Assembly: GCF_936981045.1 (NCBI RefSeq)
Contig: NZ_OW441264.1
Span: forward strand, 990,001-1,022,000
Origin: Candidatus Saccharimonadota bacterium
Lineage (GTDB): Bacteria; Bacteroidota; Bacteroidia; Cytophagales; Amoebophilaceae
DNA: 32,000 nt
Direction of reading: 5' to 3'
The notes under the pieces were generated by a model. It made no database searches. It was given only the letters and a program-made list of their open reading frames with translations, and had not been told where the DNA came from. Positions 8,389 through 17,379 of this stretch are shown here, piece by piece. Made by a program: the position numbers and the translations under genes. Each line of letters starts with the position of its first letter. The first letter of the stretch is position 1.

Positions 8389-9237
8389 TTATTTCCATTT
8401 TCTATGTGACCAAAGCCAAAAGGCTGGATTTTGTAAAATATTTGTTTCCAGTCTTCTGCTATAGCGTTCTGCAATCTCTTGAATCGATAGTTGGGCAGGC
8501 CTTTCTGCTAGTAATATGGGTTTTGCTTGGTATTTTCCTCGTGTAATGCGATCTATTTGCATGTAAAAAATAGGTTGGTTACATTTTTGGGCTAGCTTGG
8601 CAGCTGTTAAGGCAACGGTTGTTGGTTGGCTTAAAAAAATAGTAGCGTAACCATTGCGCTTATGCAATGGAGCTTGGTCTATTAAGAGTGTCGTAGCCTG
8701 AGGAGGTCCTTTGTAGGTTGTCATATGCTTGAACAAGGCAACCATTGGAATGGCTTTTCGTTGAAAACGACTTCTTAAGTGCAGTACGATACGGTCTATG
8801 CCTTTATGGTGTAAGGGTTGATAGCCTGCACATATGGTATAGGATGTTTGCAATGCAAGCGCATCTGCAATCCACTCCCAGTTGCCAAAATGACCAGTAA
8901 CCAGTATAATCGATTGCCCTTGCTTGTAAAACCTTTCTATAGCTTCTATATCGTTAATGGTGACTTGTTGCAAAAGCAGTTGAGGAGTTATGGTTAAAGC
9001 CTTTAGATGCTCCAATAGTAAGTCACATAGATGTTGGTAAAAGACTTTTTCTATTGATTTGCGTTGCTGGGTCGTTTTGTTGGCAAAAGCATAGGCTAAA
9101 TTTTGAACTACTACTTTTTTCCTATAACCTATTAGGTAGTATATCACTATATAACATAGGTCTGAGATGGCGTATAATAGCCGAAGCGGTAAAAAAGAGA
9201 GTAGATAACATAAAGCGTATATAATAGACATAACCAA
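8389..9237 (-). CDS. Lipid A biosynthesis (LpxL/HtrB-family) lysophospholipid acyltransferase
   Basis: 282 aa with an N-terminal membrane anchor, YRKKVVVQNLAYAF, and the catalytic-type motif VTGHFGNWEW. Confidence 0.75.
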   Translation of the reverse strand: MVMSIIYALCYLLSFLPLRLLYAISDLCYIVIYYLIGYRKKVVVQNLAYAFANKTTQQRKSIEKVFYQHLCDLLLEHLKALTITPQLLLQQVTINDIEAIERFYKQGQSIILVTGHFGNWEWIADALALQTSYTICAGYQPLHHKGIDRIVLHLRSRFQRKAIPMVALFKHMTTYKGPPQATTLLIDQAPLHKRNGYATIFLSQPTTVALTAAKLAQKCNQPIFYMQIDRITRGKYQAKPILLAERPAQLSIQEIAERYSRRLETNILQNPAFWLWSHRKWK

Positions 9238-9750
9238 AGTGCAAATTGTAGAAAAGCAGGCCTATTAATCGAGCAGTGCTATAGGCTTTAACAACCCAAA
9301 CCATGCATGCAGCACGATTGTATGAAAAAACATTGCAACAATATATTTTTTTTATTACCATTAAGTATGGAGCAAGCCCATCAAGGTTAGTAAACGCGCA
9401 AGCAACAGCGTTGCTGCCATAAAAATGGCCTCCAGCCGCTCATTTAGGCAGGTAACCTTTGTGGTGCGTGCAAGCAATAAACTTATAAAAAAAACAAAAA
9501 ACAAAAGCCTATGTTACTTTTTCAATACAAAATACAAATAATGGGTAGTCAGTACCCATTATCTCTTTTTAAGGGTATTCCAGTAACTGAGTCATCCATT
9601 TCTATATAAGCTAGTAGGATTACCTATAGCGCCTGCTATTTCTTTTTTTAGTATAGGAAGAGGAAGTTCTGTCCAATAGCAGCAAGAACAATGCATTACT
9701 GGAATCCATATTTCATTATGTTAACTTAACCGGTCTAAACTTATCTTATT

Positions 9751-10311
9751 GTGTCAACATCTACCAAAAAACTAATGATTCTATTACTTGTACCTCTGTC
9801 AACAGCAGAGGGGTGTGTTAAAAGGCTTAAACCGTTAAGACCGCTAGACCCAAAACCCATAGAGCAAACAAAGCAAAAAAAGAATAGTACTGTTTCTATT
9901 TTCCAAAACCGCGTACCTGATTCAAAGCAAGAGCAACAGTCCCGTCATAAGACAAAGTCTAGTCTAGAAAATGTTCTGCTTACTGACAAAAAGAGCAAGG
10001 AGACAATAATAACAGCAGAAGCAGCAGCTACACCTGTAGATACAGCTACACAAAAAAAACAAACAGGTCCGATTTATAAAGATGAAAGAGATACACATGA
10101 AAATTCTAAAGGTGAACATGGTTCGAATAAAGATCACAATGGGAGTGATCAGCGTCTTCATGAAACATCAAAAGAGCAACAGCCGAAGCGTTTTTCGGTA
10201 AAAAAATTGATTAACAGACTTACAAAAGTTACAACAAGGATCGGAAAAAAGGCGGCAAAGCCGAAAAATGATCAGCCAGCAGGGTTCTGTCGCGTTTATT
10301 CTAAAAAATGA
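9751..10311 (+). CDS. Lys/Gln/Thr-rich low-complexity protein with a lipoprotein-like signal, 3' end replaced by the IS6 terminus
   Basis: GTG start. N-terminus KKLMILLLVPLSTAEGC. The rest is charged and predicted disordered. The last 9 codons (GFCRVYSKK, then stop) are encoded by the IS6 left inverted repeat starting at 10283. Confidence 0.5.
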   Translation: MSTSTKKLMILLLVPLSTAEGCVKRLKPLRPLDPKPIEQTKQKKNSTVSIFQNRVPDSKQEQQSRHKTKSSLENVLLTDKKSKETIITAEAAATPVDTATQKKQTGPIYKDERDTHENSKGEHGSNKDHNGSDQRLHETSKEQQPKRFSVKKLINRLTKVTTRIGKKAAKPKNDQPAGFCRVYSKK

Positions 10312-11115
10312 TTATTTTGGTATCGGTATTTAAAAAAGTAGTTATTATGTTTAATATTTCTCCCGAGTTATTACCATATTTTAAAGGTTATTGTTCTTCA
10401 TCAGAAGTCATCCTGTTATTTGTATACATGAAGTGTCGTTTTTCCTTGAGCTATAGAGATTTGGGAGAGATGATGCGTATGAGAGGCGCAAGAGTTGATC
10501 ATTCTACGCTACAGAGATGGGTTATTAAGTTTGTTCCTCTGATAGATAAAGCAGTAAGAAAAAGAAAACGACCAATTGGTAGTAGTTGGAGAATGGATGA
10601 AACCTATGTTAAACTAAACGGGAAGTGGATCTATTTATATAGAGCAGTAGATCGTTATGGTGATACAGTTGACTTTTTTCTATCTGAGCATAGAGACAAG
10701 TCTTCAACGCTTTCTTTTTTTCGAAAGGCGATCACAGAAAATAATATTCCTAAGAAAGTAGTAATTGACAAAAGCGGTAGTAATAAAGCTGCCCTTGACG
10801 CGATCAATACAGATCTTGATCAAGATCATACCATTCAAATATTGCAAAACAAATATTTGAATAATAGAGTTGAACAAGATCATAGGTTTATCAAAAAACG
10901 GATAAAACCTATGCTGGGTTTTAAGAATTTTTATTCTGCTTCCATTACTATTTCAGGGATAGAAAACATTCGTATGATTCAAAAAGGACAAGTAAGAGGA
11001 GCTAAAAATCATCTTTCTACTTTTGAGAACTTTGCTATCTTAATGGCCGCATAATATCCAAAATTTGACTTAAACGAAAAACCTATACTAAGAAAACTAT
11101 AGACGCGACAGAACC
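10283..11115 (+). mobile_element. IS6-family insertion sequence, copy A (833 bp)
   Basis: Terminal IRs GGTTCTGTCGCGTTTAT (left) and ATAGACGCGACAGAACC (right), with a single transposase gene. 8-bp flanks GCCAGCAG and CCACCTAC do not match. Confidence 0.9.
10347..11054 (+). CDS. IS6-family (IS26-like) DDE transposase
   Basis: Motifs FKGY, LSYRDLGEMMRMRGARVDHSTLQRWV, SWRMDETYVKLNGKWIYLYRAVD, KYLNNRVEQDHRFIKKR and GFKNF match the IS6 transposase pattern. Start placed at MFNISPE (235 aa). An upstream in-frame ATG at 10308 lies within the element terminus and is the track start. Confidence 0.9.
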   Translation: MFNISPELLPYFKGYCSSSEVILLFVYMKCRFSLSYRDLGEMMRMRGARVDHSTLQRWVIKFVPLIDKAVRKRKRPIGSSWRMDETYVKLNGKWIYLYRAVDRYGDTVDFFLSEHRDKSSTLSFFRKAITENNIPKKVVIDKSGSNKAALDAINTDLDQDHTIQILQNKYLNNRVEQDHRFIKKRIKPMLGFKNFYSASITISGIENIRMIQKGQVRGAKNHLSTFENFAILMAA

Positions 11116-11124
11116 CCACCTACT

Positions 11125-13056
11125 ATGATCGTTAGTCAAGAAACCATTCAAACCGTTCAGCGTGTTGCGCGTATTGAGGAGGTGGTTGCTGATTTTTTAC
11201 CTCTTAAAAAGAAAGGCCAAAATTTTTGGGCTTGTTGCCCTTTTCATCATGAACATACCCCTTCCTTTTCGGTATCTTCCACAAAAGGGTTTTATAAGTG
11301 TTTTGGATGTGATGCTGCCGGAGATGTCATAACCTTTGTACAACAAATAGAAGGATCTACTTTTGTGGAGGCGATTACCTATCTTGCCCAAAGATATGGT
11401 ATACCTATAACATCAGCAGCAGATGGCACGCATGACTTGCAGGATTATCGAGTAAAAGAAAGTCTTTATATTCTATTGAATTTAGCTAAAAATTATTACG
11501 CAGATCTGTTGTGGCATCATCCAGAAGCAGCTAAAGTAGCCCTACCCTATTTGGACCAACGGGCTATTCAATCTGGAATAGCAAAAAAGTTTGAGTTAGG
11601 CTATAGCCTCGATAGCTGGGATGGGTTCTATACATTTGCTATAGGAAAAGGAATAAGTCTAGAACAATTGGTTGCGGCAGGGTTGGTGATCCAAAATGGC
11701 ACCAAGATTTATGACCGTTTTCGAGGAAGGTTGATGTTTCCTATTCACAATAGTAGTGGACAAGTCGTTGCCTTTGGTGCACGCCATATGGTTGCTGCTG
11801 TAGATAGCCCTAAGTATGTCAATTCATCTGAAACCCTTGTTTACCAAAAGGGTAGGTTATTATATGGCCTTTCTTTTGCCAAGCAGTCTATCAAACAGGT
11901 AAACAATTGTTACCTGGTAGAAGGGTATACCGATGTATTGGCCTTTCATAGAGCAGGTGTAGAACAGGTAGTTGCTTCTGCTGGTACCGCACTTACGGAA
12001 ATACAGATAGACGCCCTGTGTCGTTTTACTGCTAAGGTTACATTGGTTTTTGATGGGGATCAAGCTGGTATTCAGGCTGCTTTCCGTGGTATAGATAAAT
12101 TGTTAACAAAGGGACTAGAAGTAAAGGTTATATTGTTGCCTTCAGGAGAAGATCCAGATAGTTACCTTTATAAAGTAGGTGTAGATGCTTTTACGCATTA
12201 TATCAATTATTCTGCCCAAGACTTTATTACCTTTAAAGCTAGTTTTTTATTCAATCAGTCTATTGAACAGAGTCCAGTAGAACAAGCAAAGGCGATACGG
12301 GAGATTGTGCAAAGCATTGTAGCCATTCCAGATGCAATAGAGCGTACCCTATTTCTTAAAAAATGTAGCAAGCTCTTTTCTATAGAAGAGGAGGTGCTTT
12401 TTACTACCTATCATGCATTGTGTCATAAAAATACTCCGGTATGGCAGCAAAAAAAAACATTTCCCAAACAGCATAGTAGGCAAAAAAATAATCCATATAT
12501 AGACCTAAAAAATCTTCCTTTGACCAGTAAACTTACGGCAAGTATTGAAGCTTATGAGCGAGAAATTATGCGTATTCTGTTGACCTATGGTGCTACGAAA
12601 TTATCTGAAGAGAAACAATTGTATGAATATATTTTCTTAGAATTAGGTGATGTAGTCTTTAGATCTACTGACTGCAAAGTGCTTTTTGAGTATTGTAAAG
12701 CGGTATTCAAGCAAGGTGGCTTGGTGGATATGGAGTGTTGTTTAGATAGCACGGAGGAAGCCATTAGAAAAATAGCTATCGATTTAACCGCTTCTCCCCA
12801 TGATATTAGTGAAGCTTGGGTCAAAAAATATGGCATTTATACTATAGAAGAGCGTCAAAATGTATACCAGATGAGTTTAGAAGTTATCCTTAGACTAAAA
12901 ATTCGTTTGGTACAAGAGCTTATTGAACAAAATAGAGAAGCACTTAAAGAAGCATTGTCTGCAGATGAGGAAGCAGATCTATTGCAGGTCCACCAATTAC
13001 TTAAAGATTCTGAGTGTCACATCGCTAAACAACTCGGAACTGTAGTTGCACAATAA
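11125..13056 (+). CDS. dnaG: DNA primase
   Basis: CHC2 zinc finger CPFHHEHTPSFSVSSTKGFYKCFGCDAAGD, RNA-polymerase core, and Toprim motifs EGYTDVLA and VFDGDQAG. 643 aa. Confidence 0.95.
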   Translation: MIVSQETIQTVQRVARIEEVVADFLPLKKKGQNFWACCPFHHEHTPSFSVSSTKGFYKCFGCDAAGDVITFVQQIEGSTFVEAITYLAQRYGIPITSAADGTHDLQDYRVKESLYILLNLAKNYYADLLWHHPEAAKVALPYLDQRAIQSGIAKKFELGYSLDSWDGFYTFAIGKGISLEQLVAAGLVIQNGTKIYDRFRGRLMFPIHNSSGQVVAFGARHMVAAVDSPKYVNSSETLVYQKGRLLYGLSFAKQSIKQVNNCYLVEGYTDVLAFHRAGVEQVVASAGTALTEIQIDALCRFTAKVTLVFDGDQAGIQAAFRGIDKLLTKGLEVKVILLPSGEDPDSYLYKVGVDAFTHYINYSAQDFITFKASFLFNQSIEQSPVEQAKAIREIVQSIVAIPDAIERTLFLKKCSKLFSIEEEVLFTTYHALCHKNTPVWQQKKTFPKQHSRQKNNPYIDLKNLPLTSKLTASIEAYEREIMRILLTYGATKLSEEKQLYEYIFLELGDVVFRSTDCKVLFEYCKAVFKQGGLVDMECCLDSTEEAIRKIAIDLTASPHDISEAWVKKYGIYTIEERQNVYQMSLEVILRLKIRLVQELIEQNREALKEALSADEEADLLQVHQLLKDSECHIAKQLGTVVAQ

Positions 13057-13280
13057 AGGGATAACTGTTAGCATATCTGTTCAGATGCATCGGTGTGCTC
13101 AATCACTTGGATATATACAAAAGATTACCTAATTACTTAAACTAACGTGGGTTCGGGATTTATTTGACTGATTTACAACAATTTAATATCAATTATTTAG
13201 TTAATATTTGCACTTATTTAACAAGTTTTTATATCTAATTTTATAAATATAATATATATAATAAACTGATTACCAGAATT

Positions 13281-14557
13281 GAGGCCGTTGTGATAGATTT
13301 CTATTATAATATTTTTAGGGTTGTTTAGACTGATTTTTGGTATTAAAGTGGTATTAATTTTATTATTTATTGATTTTCATGTACTTTTATTGCATTTTAG
13401 ACAGACCATTCCCCTAAAGACCTCTTAATATGATATTTGGCGACCTGTATAAGTTATAGGCTATTGCTTCGATAACGTGTTGCGTATGAGTTTTAGCAAG
13501 TCCTATGTAGCGAGCTCCTGAGCTTCGGAACCAACTTTTAATACTTCCAAATACACGTTCTACTTTATACCTGGTTTTAGCTACCAATGTATTAAACCGT
13601 TTAGCAGTAGGTGATAAAGGATTATTTCTAGTAGCTTTCTTCTGAATAGCTGATTTTAAGGCTTTATTCTTTAATAAGGTTTCATTAGGTGATCCGCTAT
13701 AGCCCTTATCTGCATATAGCCTACTACCTACTTTTAGCTCTACTTTATCCAATAAGACTTGTAAATGAGCACTATCATGACTAGATGCTTTTGTGGTACT
13801 GACTGCTAGGACTAAGCCTTCTTTACTTTCCACAAGGATGTGACGCTTATACCCATAGTAGAGATTATCTCCTTTTTTTGTCCAACTCGCTTCTGGATCT
13901 ACACCTTTTTGATAACTTTCGGCTACAGTTATAGTGCCATCTTCATGGAGATCATAGCTTTTTTTACCTTTAGGGCGCCTAGGGGTAGGCGTAATAGAGG
14001 CATCAACAACTGCACCATGTTGAACTAATACACCATGACTAGATAGTTGATCGTTAATTATTTTCAATAACCTTTCTAGGACCTGCTTCTCCGTAAGCGC
14101 AGTCCTAAACCTGCTTAATACGCTATGATCTGGAACAGAACTATCCATGGAAATACGACAAAATCTGCTGAAAGTGATACGATCATTTACTTCTTCTTCT
14201 ACTTGATAGTCACTCAGAGCATACCATGTTTGAAGCAACAGCATTTTAAATAAAAGAAGCGGGCTATAAGCTGCCTTTCCTGATAAACACAAACCTTTAG
14301 GATAATACAAGAAAAGTTCTTTTTCTATTACTTGCCAAGTAATCAACTTATTAAGCTGATCGAAAAAAGTATGCTTACACTTACGTCGACTGGCTGAAAT
14401 ATCTGCAAAACTTAATTGATTATTTGTTTTGATGGCCATAACAATACTATTAAAAAGCTTAAGTTTAAACGATTAAAGAATCAACCTAATTTAACCATTG
14501 TATAACACTAAAAGTCACTTTTTATAACAAAGCTTAAAACTCTATTGCAACAACCTC
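13281..14557 (-). mobile_element. IS5-family insertion sequence (1277 bp), inserted in MITE copy 3
   Basis: Imperfect IRs GAGGCCGTTGTGATAGA (13281) and TCTATTGCAACAACCTC (ending 14557). GAATT is directly repeated at both junctions (13276..13280 and 14558..14562). MITE copies 1 and 2 show the empty site CCAGAATTATTTG. Confidence 0.85.
13414..14439 (-). CDS. IS5-family DDE transposase
   Basis: 341 aa. N-terminal DUF772-like region (SPLLLFKMLLLQTWYALSDYQVEEEVNDRITFSRFCRI...VPDHSVLSRFR), then DASI, YGYKRH and YADKGYSG DDE motifs. Confidence 0.9.
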   Translation of the reverse strand: MAIKTNNQLSFADISASRRKCKHTFFDQLNKLITWQVIEKELFLYYPKGLCLSGKAAYSPLLLFKMLLLQTWYALSDYQVEEEVNDRITFSRFCRISMDSSVPDHSVLSRFRTALTEKQVLERLLKIINDQLSSHGVLVQHGAVVDASITPTPRRPKGKKSYDLHEDGTITVAESYQKGVDPEASWTKKGDNLYYGYKRHILVESKEGLVLAVSTTKASSHDSAHLQVLLDKVELKVGSRLYADKGYSGSPNETLLKNKALKSAIQKKATRNNPLSPTAKRFNTLVAKTRYKVERVFGSIKSWFRSSGARYIGLAKTHTQHVIEAIAYNLYRSPNIILRGL

Positions 14558-14843
14558 GAATTATTTGTTATTCAACTACCTATTTAACTGTCTAATAAAA
14601 CAAATTTTATAAATTTTCATTTATATTGATTATCAAATGAAAAAATAATCTAATCCCGAACTCACGTTAAACTAGGGATGGCGTTGTTGTAGCTGTTCTA
14701 GGAAGCAAGCACAAGTTACTGAGGGTTTGCATTTGGAAGATAGATTCTATTAAAACCTATACTGGACTGAAAAAATCGGACAAAAATATTTTAATTTATT
14801 TTCCGTATCGTTTAGTTTTAGAGTCATACAATAAATTAATCAA

Positions 14844-15478
14844 ATGGGTAGAAAGTAAGATTAGGCATTTTAGTTCGGAAGAAAAAACTAAGATAGTATT
14901 CGCTTTACTAAAAGAAGATTTAACGCTGGTTGAGCTGTCTTCCAAATATGGCGTCACTAGTAAAACCCTTCAAAATTGGAAGCGTCAATTTTTAGAGAAT
15001 GCCTCTATAGCCTTTGATCCATCCAAGGTTGTTAGTGTGTATAAAGAGGAAATTAGCACACTTAAGCATCAAAACGATGCACTTGCGAAGGCTTTAGGAA
15101 AGGCTACCGTTGAGCGAGATTGGGCAGTGGGCAAGCTAAAGAGCTTGGATTTACCAAATAAGCAAAGTCTTGTCACATGCAAGCTTCCCAATTTATCCAA
15201 GGCAAGACAATGTGCATTATTATCGATACATCGCTCTTTGATATATTACAAAGCTAGGGAATTAAGTGGTTGTAATACATCTGTTTTAAACAAAATAGAT
15301 TCAATCTACAGGGAACATCCGGAATATGGTTATCGCTATATATACAATCAGCTACAAGAGGATGGCTTTAATGTAGGCAAAGATCGTGTGCTTAAGTATA
15401 TGGGTGTACTGAATATATCGGCTGTTTATCCACGTAAGAAGCCCTCTATTTCTTGTAGAAATGCTCAGGCATAAGGTC
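14844..15478 (+). pseudogene. IS3-family transposase, OrfA plus N-terminal OrfB part, frameshifted
   Basis: ATG at 14844 hits a stop after 4 codons. The +1 frame continues (K)IRHFSSEEKTKIVFALLKEDLTLVELSSKYGVTSKTLQNWKRQFLE...LSKARQCALLSIHRSLIYYK...YGYRYIYNQL. A second 1-nt shift near 15469 precedes HKV, which joins YSYLLDKYW across the IS110 insertion. Confidence 0.75.
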
Positions 15479-15661
15479 ATATGTTTATAGAGGAAAAAAA
15501 GACCTGGAAAAAGGCCGCCACAAGGTTGGTTATTAAATACCGTTAAATACGTTGAGCCCCCAGGTCTTTCATCTTAAAAACTGAATAGTTCGGTAGGCCT
15601 TAAAGCCTGTATATGCGACGCTAGTTTAAAAGATGAATTGATATAGTATATATAATAAGTT
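15479..15661 (+). ncRNA. Candidate IS110 bridge (guide) RNA region in the non-coding left end
   Basis: 183 nt of non-coding sequence lie upstream of the recombinase ATG. A 10-bp stem forms between AAAGACCTGG (15498..15507) and CCAGGTCTTT (15560..15569), enclosing a 52-nt internal region. The region is conserved in the truncated copy at 7403..7587. The call rests on published IS110/IS621 biology and was not tested with a covariance model. Confidence 0.4.
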
Positions 15662-16635
15662 ATGAAATACATAGGCATTGACCTAGGGAAAAGCAGCTTT
15701 GTAGCAGCTTTTCCCCAAGAGAAAGGATACCTACTATCACCTATAAGAATGATCCCAAAGGAATTGAAACCTTTTTAGCTCAACTTGATAAAACAACGCA
15801 TCACTGTGTCTTAGAAGCCACAGGCAACTATGGCGCTTTATTACTGCAGATACTTACAGAGCATGAAATAGTTGTGTCGATGGTCAATCCCAAGAAAATC
15901 AAACATTTTGCTCGGATGATGCTAGTTATAACCAAAACCGATAAGGTAGATGCCTAACTTATTGCCCTTTATGGAGAAAAGATGCAGCCTGCCCCTTACA
16001 GAATGCTTCCCCAAAATATACAAGGGTTAAATCAACAAAAAAAGCTTCTTGTTCAGCTAAAAAAACAACTTATTATGTTCTATAATCTGCTAGAGTCTTT
16101 TAATGTGTTGCCTCAAGCAGATGACTTCGCCTTAAGAACACTCAAGGAAACTATAGCCTGCCTGGAAGAACAGATAGAGCTTCTGGAGCAACAGATGCTT
16201 TCTATCACCCAGGAGAGCTATAATGAGCTCTATAAGCGCATTAGTTCTATTAAGGGCATTGGAGATAGAACCGCTCTGGAGCTTATTGTTTCCACTGGAG
16301 GGGGGCAACATTTTCAAAGGGCTAAACAGTTCTCTAAGTTCATTGGCTTAGCTCCTAGTTATGAGCATTCAGGCTCTTCCATAAGGAAGAAGGGGCATAT
16401 CAACCGTCATGGGAACTCCCAGCTGCGTTCTTTGCTCTATATGGCTTCTTGGTCTGCTATACGGTTTAATAAGGCGTGTAAAACATTTTATGAGAGATTA
16501 AAAGCCAGAAGAAAACCTGGGAAAGTGGCGCTTATTGCTGTCGCTAATAAACTGATTAGACAAGTGTTTGCTATTCTTAAGGACCATACTTGCTATATTG
16601 ATGGGTACCTTTCTAAGCTGAAAGTAACTTCTTAG
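15662..16635 (+). pseudogene. IS110-family (DEDD) transposase, inactivated
   Basis: MKYIGIDLGKSS..., then a 1-nt deletion relative to copy A (ATACCGTACCATC versus ATACCTACTATC). An in-frame TAA at 15955..15957 sits inside KTDKVDA*LIALYG. The C-terminal Transposase_20-like part is intact (ORF 15982..16635: IKGIGDRTALELI...). Confidence 0.85.
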
Positions 16636-16746
16636 CAGTTAAGAGAAGACTTTTAGGAGCATCTTAAAGCGCTCTTGTTTGAGATTAATGAACCAAATAA
16701 TTATAAAAATTTCTACGATCAGATTTGTTTTTTAACATAGTTCGTA

Positions 16747-17298
16747 TATAGTTACTTGTTGGATAAATATTGGGTCAACGCTGGTACAACAAAGCAGGTG
16801 CATGTACCTAAACCGAATCAAGTTTGGAGTGGGGATATTACTTATATTCGCACCAGTATTGGGTTTATCTACCTCTCAGCTATTATAGATTGGCACAGTA
16901 AAGCCATATTGAGTTATAAGGTATCCAATACTATGGATACAACGCTTGTAATAGATACCTTGCAAGAGGCACTGAGTAAATATCCTCCGCCAGAATGCTT
17001 TAATAGTGATCAAGGCAGTCAATATACTAGTCATAAGCATACAGACTTATTAAAAAGGCATAATATTCAAATTTCTATGAATGGCAGAGGTAGAAGCATT
17101 GATAATATTGTAATGGAAAGATTTTTTACAACCCTAAAATATAATTCCATATTTATCAATGATTTTAAAAATATTAAAGTGTTAAAAGAGGGAATTAACA
17201 GGTATATTACTAAATACAATTACCAAAGGTTTCATTCTAGTATTAACTATCAAAAACCTATGAACGTCCATCTTAACCATGTAAAATTGGTAGACTAG
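16747..17298 (+). pseudogene. IS3-family transposase OrfB, C-terminal (integrase core) part
   Basis: PNQVWSGDITYI, AIIDWHSKAILSY, FNSDQGSQYTS, SMNGRGRSIDNIVMERFF and YNYQRFHSSINYQKP: the DDE/rve motifs of IS3 OrfB. Confidence 0.85.
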
Positions 17299-17379
17299 CA
17301 AATGGGAAAAAATAGAAAATAAAATTAAGAAAAAAATGTCCGAATAAATCAGTCCAGTACTATAGCTATCATCCGTAGC

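Larger units (their letters stand above)
13145..14667. mobile_element. MITE copy 3, interrupted by an IS5-family element
   Basis: 13145..13280 and 14558..14667 together rebuild a complete MITE. Flanked by the 7-bp direct repeat TAAACTA (13138..13144 and 14668..14674). Confidence 0.85.
15479..16746 (+). mobile_element. IS110-family insertion sequence (about 1268 bp, boundaries +/-3 bp) inserted in IS3 orfB
   Basis: Removing 15479..16746 rejoins CATAAGGTC and TATAGTTACTTGTTGGAT into the conserved IS3 OrfB motif HKVYSYLLD. There are no terminal IRs, as expected for IS110. AT occurs at both junctions. Its left 334 bp are duplicated at 7403..7736. Confidence 0.8.
14760..17359 (+). mobile_element. 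IS3-family insertion sequence (about 1.33 kb of own sequence) carrying an IS110-family insertion
   Basis: Terminal IRs TACTGGACTGAAAAAATCGGACA (14760) and TGTCCGAATAAATCAGTCCAGTA (ending 17359). CTA is repeated on both sides (14757..14759 and 17360..17362). A 3-bp duplication fits IS3, but a 3-bp match is weak evidence. Confidence 0.75.

Noticed and set aside
9122-9361. 79-aa minus-strand ORF overlapping the start of the LpxL-family gene
   Set aside because: It is out of frame with, and overlaps, a well-supported gene start. The sequence is unremarkable and hydrophobic/aromatic with no motif.
10308-10346. Upstream ATG (MIILVSVFKKVVI...) as the IS6 transposase start
   Set aside because: This ATG lies in the element terminus and overlaps the TGA used by upstream read-through ORFs. 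IS6 transposases are about 235 aa and begin near the FKGY motif, which fits the MFNISPE start. The longer start cannot be excluded.
14668-14759. 92-bp spacer between MITE copy 3 and IS3 as a possible small gene or RNA
   Set aside because: No ORF, no convincing hairpin and no similarity to anything else in the window. Most likely it is residual intergenic DNA.
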